A stretch of DNA of 64,000 nucleotides from the human T2T-CHM13v2.0 reference genome, Homo sapiens: assembly GCF_009914755.1 (NCBI RefSeq), contig NC_060930.1; one strand, given 5' to 3'. This document shows, piece by piece, positions 55,118 to 64,000 of the stretch; position 1 is the stretch's first letter, and each line of letters begins with the position of its first letter. The notes beneath the pieces were generated by a model, which saw nothing but the letters and a program-made list of their open reading frames with translations, did not search any database and was not told where the DNA came from. A program made the translations under genes and the position numbers.

Positions 55118-55410
55118 TTTCTTTTTTTTGAGACAGAGTCTTGCTGTGTTGCCCAGGCTGGAGTGCAGTGGCACAATCTTGGCTTACTGCAAGCTCCACC
55201 TCCTGGGTTCACGCCATTCTCCCGCCTCAGCCTCCTGAGTAGCTGGGACTACAGGCACCCGCCAACACGCTGGCTAATTTTTTTGTATTTTTAGTAGAGA
55301 CAGGATTTCACCATGTTAGCCAGGATGGTCTCGATCTCCTGACCTCGTGATCCACCTGCCTCAGCCTCCCAAAGTGCTGGGATTACAGGCGTGAGCCACC
55401 GCACCCGGCC
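55118..55410 (-). mobile_element. AluY nested in L1PB
   Basis: gcaagctcc, ttcacgccattctc, ttagccaggatggtctcgatctc; TSD tt(g/a)tttgagtttctt. Confidence 0.96.
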
Positions 55411-55581
55411 TTATTTGAGTTTCTTATAGATTCTGGATATCAGTCCTTTGTCAGCATAGTTTACAAATATTTTGTCCCATTCTACGGGTTGTTTACTTTG
55501 GTGATTATTTCTTTTGCTGTTCAGAAGCTTTTCTAGTTTAATTAGGTCCCATTTATTTTTTTTTAAACGTGTATTTATATT

Positions 55582-56252
55582 ATGTCCCAGACATTTGAAG
55601 GGCCACCTGATCTAGATATCACAGAGATGTGTGCTGGATTGTCTGCAGACAGGTCAGCACTGCTTCTCCTAAGGCGAGGGGCTGTTTACCACGATCCTCT
55701 TCTGTCTCTGATTCTGGGTAAGAGTTGCCAGGAGAAGAACTTGAAGGAAGGCAGATGTGAGCAAGAGGCCGTTATCCCTGGAAGGTTATGGGGCTGACAC
55801 GGTGACCTACAGACACAGAGGGGCCAGCAGGCACCAGCTTGGCCTGGCTGTTCTCTGCTCATTGTCCAGCCTGTCTTCTCAACTTGTAATCTGACCAACC
55901 AACAGCAGCCCAAAGCCCACCAACCAGCACTTGGCTGAGGCCCACAGCACTGGGAGTTCCATGGAGGTGGAAGTTTCCACAGGCCTCTCTATGAGCTCTT
56001 CCTTGGTGGTCCCATGTTGGTGGCCCATGTACACAGCTTCTCCACATCTTTCCACAAGCTGTCACCCTCCCACCCAGCTTGCTGCAGCCCAAGGAGGTTA
56101 GCAACTTTCTCTGATCCTCCAACTCTCCATCCAGACCTCCTGTACTACCCAGCTCCTCTCACATTCTGTAAGCTTCAATTTCAGTATTAAACCCCAAATC
56201 CCTATAAGACTTGGAATGGCTCTGTTTTCCCGTGTGAACTCTAACTGATACA
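55582..56252 (+). mobile_element. Old ERVL-type solo LTR
   Basis: Starts TG; attaaa near the 3' end; ends ggctctgttttcc...aactctaactgataca; subfamily not assigned. Confidence 0.55.
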
Positions 56253-56374
56253 GGCTGTTTTAAGTTTGGCTGTGGTTTAAAAAAAAAAAAGAGCTTGGTT
56301 GAGCACTTAGGGAAGAAGAGATGTGCTAACATTTACTAAATAGTCTCCAAAGCTTTAAGATAGCACCATAATAA

Positions 56375-56610
56375 CTGTTTATTGTGGATAAAAACATGGA
56401 CTTGGTCATCAGACAAATTGGTTTCACCAATTCATAACTATGGCATAACTCCTGGCAGCTTAATTTCTCAGAACCTTATTTTCCTCCTTTATAAAGTGTG
56501 GAATTGATTATTCCTTCTTCATAGTATTGTTCTGAGGATTAAATGAGATAAGATATTCAGCGTTTAGCCAGTATCCAGCATAAAGTGATAATAATTTTTA
56601 AAAAGCTACT
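56375..56610 (+). mobile_element. MIR
   Basis: cttaatttctcagaaccttattttcctcc...ttgttctgaggattaaatgagataa. Confidence 0.75.
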
Positions 56611-56689
56611 ATCATAGATCTCTTATTTAAGATCTGAGAGTTTCTGAGAATATTGCAGAAAACATCCTAAAAATATCGCTGCTAACCTA

Positions 56690-58330
56690 ACTACAAATGC
56701 TAGATTAAGACTTAAAAAAAATCTTTTAAAATAGACAGTTCACAGTGACAAGGGAATAAGGTCTTCAAAGGCAGTCCATGCATGACTACGGACATGGCAC
56801 AGATGCAGAGAGGACATGGCATCAAGGCCGTGGATGGGTTAAAGGGCATCTTTCCATGCACTGGGACCTGGAACTCTGATTTCAAGAGCTACATGGGATG
56901 CAGGGCCACATGGGAGGCAGGGACCTTGCAAGGTGATATTCAGTCAGAAAGCCCCATTTAAGCTACGATTTCAAAGGGCTGCCCCACAAAGACTGAAAGT
57001 AAAAAACTTTGCTGGTCTTGACCTTTCCTCTAAGTAAAATGGAAAACAACAACAAACGAACAAACAAAACCCACCTCTCCTAAGAACGCATAGTAAGAAC
57101 AAGCTCCTGGCGGCTGGGTGTGGTGGCTCACGCCTGTAATCCCAGCACTTTGGGAGGCTGAGGTGGGCCAGTCACCTGAGGTCAGGAGTTTGAGACCAGC
57201 CTGGCCAACATGGTGAAATCCCGTCTCTATAAAAAATTACAAAAATAAGCCAGGTGTGATAGTGCATGCCTGTAATCCCAGCTACTTGGGAAGCTGAGGC
57301 AGGAGAATTGCTTGAACCCGGGAGGCGGAGGTTGCAGTGATCCAAGATTGTGCTCCAGCCTGGGAGATAGAGTGAGACTCTGTATCAAAAACAAACAAAC
57401 AAACAAACACCAAAAAACTTCTGTGCAGGTTTGGGGCTCCAACTCACACTGCTTGCATGGTCTCTCCAAATCCCAAGCCAAGAAGGTAAAGTAGTAGTAC
57501 CAGGCTGGTAGCATTCTTCTCCCTTATGCTCCTGGCCAAAGCAAACATAAATTCTTTCTGGGTAAACCAACAACAACCCAGACATCACAGCATTCCTGCA
57601 GATAATGCTCCAATAACTATGAACTCACAGAATCAAATAATTTTTTTTTGTAAAAAAAGGAAACAAAGTCCAATAAGCAGGAGTTAGCTAAGAAAACCTG
57701 CAGAGGAATCACATTTACAAAGATTTCAGATGTTAACGTTAGTGTTTGCAGAATATAAATGATTTAGAAGTTTGAGGAAGAAATTAGGAAATCAGAATTA
57801 CATACCAGGAAGAGACTGTTAACTGACTAGGTAGATTTCAAAAGAAACAATTGTACGCTCACCCCTCCCACTGCCCTCACACAAAACAAATGAAAACAAC
57901 ATTCAATGGATGGACTGAACAACAGATTAGGTGCAGGCAGAGAGTATTGGTGTACTGAGAATTATCTGAAGAAATTACACAGACTATAGTACGAAGACAC
58001 AAAATAAATGGGAAATATCACAGACAAGCTAAAAAAAAAAAAAAAAGAGGAGATTTAATATTAAAGTTCCAGAAGGACAGAAAAGAGAATGGGGAGAAGA
58101 TACTAGCTAAGAATTTTCCGAAAGTGATATGATATGTGATGTGGTGTGCTGTTCCATAGATCCAGGACGCCTGAAGGGCCCCACGCAAAAAATAAAAAAA
58201 TAAAACTACAAAAAAAACTCTCACCAAAGTACATCATAATCAAATTTCATATTATCAAAGATAAAAAGAAGCTCTTAAAAGCAGCCAGAGAAAAGACATA
58301 TTTACAAAGAACTGCATTTAGACAGAGTTC
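56690..58330 (+). mobile_element. HAL1/L1M ORF1-region relic with nested Alu
   Basis: ORF 58146-58529 reads SPKYIIIKFHIIKDKKKLLKAAREK, like L1 ORF1p; acaaagatttcagatgtt motif at ~57720. Confidence 0.7.
57112..57417 (+). mobile_element. AluS (Sx-like)
   Basis: Full dimer with (CAAA) tail. Confidence 0.96.
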
Positions 58331-58349
58331 AACTTTATTTTATTACCAT

Positions 58350-58942
58350 GATTGCTCTGAGGAACTGATTCCTACATGCCAGCCATTAGCCCTCGTTTCT
58401 TTGAATGCTGCCCAGATGGGCCTGCAGTATTGCCAGGTGGACCTCTGCACAAGTAGTAGCAGTTACATTCATGTCTTATTTCAGGTAAGTGGGATTATGT
58501 CCATTTTGATGTCTCCCCTGGAAGTCTGACCTGAAAGGATTGTATCAACCAATCCTCTTATCCTCTGGGAAAAGGAGACAAAGGACAAAGGACAGGAAAG
58601 GAAGGGGAGGGGAGGGGAGGGGAAGGGGAGGGGAGGGGAAGGGGAGAGAAGGGAGAGGAGGGGAGGGTGTGGTCACCTGGGGCTGGCTGCAACCTAAGAT
58701 CACTGTCCTTCTTACAAGTTGGACTTCTCTCCACGGACTCTCTCTTCAGCAACCCCATGAGTACTCCCTCCCCTCCCTCAGATTCAGGTGTAGTGACAGC
58801 TTGCTGTTAAAGCTCTGAGCTACTTTCTGCACCATCTCATGAGGGTCCCTTGCACTCTGCCCATGCATTAGTAAATAAACCATCCCAGAATGATCCTACC
58901 TTGGGCATGCCATCTGCTTCCTGTTAGGAACCTGACTGAATA
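58350..58942 (+). mobile_element. ERVL solo LTR (LTR40/41 class)
   Basis: 3' end aaataaacc...tgccatctgcttcctgttaggaacctgactga; left boundary approximate. Confidence 0.55.
58594..58667 (+). repeat. (GGGGA)n polypurine tract
   Basis: Pure purine run with many G3-G4 tracts. Confidence 0.92.
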
Positions 58943-59486
58943 ACTTTCCAGCTTCTTCAGGACTCTGGAAACTCTTTGAGAGCTAGAATCCACTTTTCTT
59001 GCTTTTGATTCTCTCTGCATTTAGGGGAGAAATATTCCAGAAAGACTGATAGAAATACCAGCATTATGAAATAGAAATATAAAACACGTGCTCACCAAAA
59101 GCCTTCCTTAAACTCACTCTGTTTCCATCAAAATGAAACGATGGAGGTTGAGTACTGTCTATCACTCTTGGAGATGCTGTCTGTGTGGTCCACGTGTAGT
59201 TGGTTTCTTGGGCTAGTTCTCATGTGAAGCAAATCCCTGTCCCTAAGTGTCTCTTATCGTTTGCTGCACAAAATTAGGGAAAGCATGGAAAGTTTTTGGA
59301 AGTGTTTCATGAGACTTAGGAAGGCCACTGTAGCCCCTGATTAGCTCATTTTATATCCCTGAAGTGAACATGTGCCATGTCTGTACTGAGATAAATCACC
59401 GTTTCAAATAATCTCAAAATTCCCTTCTCTCGTTACCTCTGAAGCAGCCTATTTCCATGTTCACTGCAGAAAAGTCTCATTACTCA

Positions 59487-59795
59487 GCCGGGCGCGGTGG
59501 CTCACGCCTGTAATCCCAACACTTTAGGAGGCCGAGGTAGGCGGATCACTTGAGGTCAAGAGTTCAAGACCAGCCTGGCCAACATGGTGAAATCCCGTTT
59601 CTACTAAAAATACAAAAATTAAATTAGCCGGGCGAGGTGACGCGGGCCTATAGTCCCAGCTACACGGGAGGCTGAGGCAGGAGAATCGAGAATCGCTTGG
59701 ACCCGGGAAGTGGAGGTTGCAGTGAGCCGAGATCGCGCCACTGCCCTCCAGCCTGGGAGACAGAGAGATACTCTGTCAAAAAAAAAAAAAAAAAA
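59487..59795 (+). mobile_element. AluS, CpG-rich
   Basis: Full dimer; perfect 17-bp TSD aaaagtctcattactca; small internal duplications aaatt and gagaatc. Confidence 0.97.
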
Positions 59796-59991
59796 AAGTC
59801 TCATTACTCAAAGTTATTAAAGCAATTGTTACCTTTGGTGCCTACCCTTTTCCTGGTCATATTTCAAAGCAACCTTCCTTGCTAGATAATTTATTCTATG
59901 CTTGTTTTATGAATGGCTTCCCTGTGACTCCTCCAGCTGCTGAAATCCTGCGCTCCCCAAATGGTGCGCTTGAGTAGCTGCTCTGCCCTGC

Positions 59992-60007
59992 GCTGCCCTC
60001 TAGCGGC
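59992..60007 (-). promoter_or_regulatory. CTCF core motif GCCGCTAGAGGGCAGC
   Basis: Reverse complement of gctgccctctagcggc; strong match to the CTCF consensus in GC/CpG-enriched unique sequence. Confidence 0.75.
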
Positions 60008-60517
60008 ACAAGTGTGTCAGAGCAGCGGCTCCCCTGCCTTCCCGCAGCAAGGGGCTGCCAGTATTGAATTCTCCAGCCCTCACCATTTCTCGGCCTCCAG
60101 TTTCCTGTTTCTTGCTAGAGCTCTCCCTCGCTGCAGCCTCTTGACCAGAAGAGGATCAACTTGAATGGTCAGCGGCTTTCCTGAACCCTAGTTTGAGTCA
60201 AAGTGCCCCCGAAATACAGAAAATCTTGCTGTACACCCTACACCACTTTGGAGCAACTCTTTCGGAATGCAGCCCTTTTGACGTTAGCCTCCCATTCAGC
60301 ACCCTTGGCAAGTTGAAAAAAAGATGTGGCTGGGCCAGATTCACCACCCTTATCCCCACCTCCTCTTACATCTTTCTCCACCCTCCCATCACACTCTGTC
60401 CTGACGGAGAGGAGCTATTTGGAAGGACAAAGTAACATGACAAAATTAAGTAATATGTCAGCATAATAATTGGAGGTGAGTGGTACCAGCAGTAAGGGTT
60501 GTCAGTCGTGTGGATGC

Positions 60518-60819
60518 TTTTTTTTTTTTTTTTTGACGGAGTCTCGCTCTGTCGCCCAGGCTGGAGTGCAGTGGCGCTGGATCTTGCCTCACTGCAACCT
60601 CTGCCTCCCGGGTTCAAGCAATTCTCCTGCCTCAGCCTCCCGAGTAGCTGAGACTACAGGCATGCACCACCATGCCCAGCTAATTTTTGTATTTACTTTA
60701 GTAGAGACGGGGTTTCACCATGTTGACCAGGCTGGTCTCGAACTCCTGGCCTCAGGTGATCTGCCCGCCTCGTCCTCCCAAAGTGCTGGGATTACAGGCG
60801 TGAGCCACCGTGCCTGGCC
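60518..60819 (-). mobile_element. AluS (Sx-like)
   Basis: polyT + full dimer. Confidence 0.96.
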
Positions 60820-61223
60820 CTTGTAGGTGCTCTAAGATGAAGAATTCCAAACTGCTAACCGTCAGCACACGTCGTTCATAAGAAAGCACAGCAGAGGATG
60901 CCATCCAGAGTCCAGGATGAAGCCAAGAGGGAGCCTCTGGAGCCGGTAAATCTGTCTCTGTTATTCAGTGATGAGGCTGGGACTCTCAAGGAAGGGCAGA
61001 AAGGCACCCAGAGGATTCTGAAGAGAGAGACCAAAGGGAGGGGCTTTCCAATGCCTATCTGAGGGGGACCCTTTACAAATTACAAAGTGACTAATGAAAA
61101 AGGTAAAAATGAACATTTTGCAACATTATCTACCCTCTGCATACTCATTTCTATTTTCATATTGTTTTCTTTGTGATAACGTATTTTACCTGCGAACTAT
61201 CTCAGGTGTTGAAGTGCAAGTTA

Positions 61224-61577
<354 letters not shown>

Positions 61578-61685
61578 TTAAAGTAGAAGGTTCAATTATT
61601 TCCTGGTGCTAAAAGAAAATGATATTGCCCGCGTCCCTAGCTGTCATCTTATGTTTCCCCTGTGAAATATCACCAGTGTATAACT

Positions 61686-61828
61686 CAGTAGGCCTCAACC
61701 CTGACTGCACTGTAAAATAACCTAGAGAGTTTTCAAACATTGAATCAGAACAGGGAGGTAGAGAGAGAGCTGGACATCTGAAAGTTCCCTGATTGATGTG
61801 AACGTGTAGCATGGCTTGAGAACCACAT
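61686..61828. mobile_element. MER5B-like hAT-Charlie
   Basis: cagtaggcctcaaccctgactgcactgtaaaataacct...gtgtagcatggcttgagaaccac. Confidence 0.65.
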
Positions 61829-62329
61829 TAGCGTTCATCATTCCAGGTACATTTGGTGGTGTGTCAGAGGAATGGGGACATTCCAACAAGATTGCTGTGA
61901 GGAGACCACCCTCACATAGCAGCCATCAGCCCTCATCATTCCTAGAGGACTACCCAGTCTGGTTCGTGGCATTCCCGGGTGTAACTCTGCTTACACAATA
62001 GGAATGATATTCAGATGGGCTCATTTCAGGTCAACGTGGTTATGCTGTTTTCTTCCTAAGTTGTTTTTACCCCAAATCTTCTGAAAACTAGAAGTTTATG
62101 GTTAAAAAACAACAGGTTTTAGTACTAGCTATTGGCTTTTTTCTTTTATTTTGCATTTGGATATTAATTTTCTCGGTTATATATTATACAGAAAACAGTT
62201 TCTCAAAAAAAAAATTCCCTCTTTTTCTTTTCTCTCTCCTTCACCCAGTGACTTCTGATTTGGCCTTTGAGCCTCCAACACTCTCAGCCATCCCATCTGC
62301 TCACCCCACCTGAAATCCCAGTTCCCCTC

Positions 62330-62510
62330 CTTTGAGCTCATATTGCATTTGGGACATTATCGTCTCTTGATTAATTCACTTGTCTGTCTGCCCACCTACA
62401 CCGTAAACCTATAGAGGAAAATAACAAAGAAATACTTGTGTTTATATCCCCAGTTCTCAGTACAGTCTCTGGCACATGGAAAGGGCTGAAATATTTTAGT
62501 AAATGAAAGT
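62330..62510 (+). mobile_element. L2 3' end
   Basis: cacttgtctgtctgccc...tatatccccag...tctggcacatgg...tagtaaatgaa. Confidence 0.6.
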
Positions 62511-62752
62511 TATCAAAGTTATGAAACTTCAGATTTCACTGGAAGAGTGTTTTCTTCCAATGAAATCCTGTTTCAATGCAATTTACGTAGTAGTGCTTGC
62601 CTGCCCACCCACTGTTCTGCTCCTAGAAGGGTGAAGTGCAGGGGTGGAAATGCTTTTAAGTGTGAAGGTCTGCTCAGCATTCAGCTCATCCTTCAAGGTA
62701 ACTTTTCAATTTCCCCTCCGGAGAAAGCGTCTGAAAACAGAAGTGGTCTGCT

Positions 62753-62766
62753 CTGCTCTCTAGCGG
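62753..62766 (-). promoter_or_regulatory. CTCF-like motif CCGCTAGAGAGCAG
   Basis: Reverse complement of ctgctctctagcgg; one base different from the core of the 59992 site. Confidence 0.5.
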
Positions 62767-63077
62767 TGGCCCTGTGGCAGAACACTTTTAAAGATTGTCT
62801 TTGGAACTGCTATGTCAACGCTCTCCAGAGTGGTATTGGAATGCCAGTCTGTATAATAACCTGTATATTACCCAGTTATTATTTCAGCTTTTCGCCACTG
62901 TTTTCTGTAAGGGAGTCCTTTGCTCAAGGGTCTGTAGTTATATTCAGCAAGAACACCTCCCCAGAAGGAGGTTTGTGTGTTGAAGAACAGAGTCCTCAGC
63001 ACTAGAAATCTCGGAGGGGTTCCTGGCAGCATCCCACAGGCCACTTGAAATGTGTTTTTTTCTTTCATACTCCACAT

Positions 63078-63611
<534 letters not shown>

Positions 63612-64000
63612 CTCTAGATATTTTTCCTTACGGTACTGGAGCATTTGGGGAGATCAGGGCTGAGTAAGGCTCTAGGCATTACAGTCCCTCAGGGTTCATA
63701 TTAAAATAAAATTCTACAATAATGACCCAATGTGGCCCAATACAGCTGACCCACAGTACATTATGAGGTATTTAATCAACTCTCTTTGGCTTAAAGAAAA
63801 TATTTTTGTTTCTGAGTTTTATCGTGGTTGATAGTGGTGGTGTAGCAATTTGCTTATTTGTTTGCTGGGCTTTTTAATCAATCATGACGATAGAAAGCTG
63901 TTGTTGGGGCTTAAGGGAAGAAATGACAACCTAATCTGAAATGTCACCAAAGCCAGCAACTGTGGGGAACCTACCAAATAAAATCTGTTGATAAGATAAA

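Noticed and set aside
58146-58529. 127-aa ORF with a KLLKAAREK motif
   Set aside because: Decayed L1/HAL1 ORF1 fragment reading into an LTR; non-ATG start.
62547-63005. 152-aa ORF in unique sequence
   Set aside because: GTG start, no recognisable domain or splice support; consistent with chance.

Overview
This is primate, most likely human, non-coding genomic DNA (intergenic or intronic), AT-rich and CpG-depleted. I find no supportable protein-coding gene, RNA gene or prokaryote-type system. The ORFs I can assign are Alu, L1/HAL1, LTR or tandem-repeat read-throughs; the rest are short and unrecognised. The window holds about 23 Alu/FLAM/FAM copies (many with visible target-site duplications, TSDs), a 5'-truncated L1PA, an L1PB with two nested Alus, and older L1M/HAL1, L2 and MIR relics. 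It also holds ERVL/MaLR solo LTRs and hAT DNA transposons (MER33, MER102, MER5, MER53, MER30, MER91, FordPrefect-like). Family names come from my recall of Repbase/Dfam consensus motifs, not from a search. Five things stand out. (1) A ~700-bp inversion at ~31,420-32,130 splits a FordPrefect hAT transposon and its host L2, and can be reconstructed from a separated 8-bp TSD. (2) A hierarchical 17/34/68-bp minisatellite starts at, and resembles, the terminal inverted repeat (TIR) of a MER33. (3) A strong CTCF motif at ~60,000 sits beside an AluS with unusually preserved CpGs, with two further CTCF-like motifs nearby. (4) A palindromic MER53 carries a miR-1302-like arm. (5) There are three co-oriented HAL1/L1-ORF1 relics.
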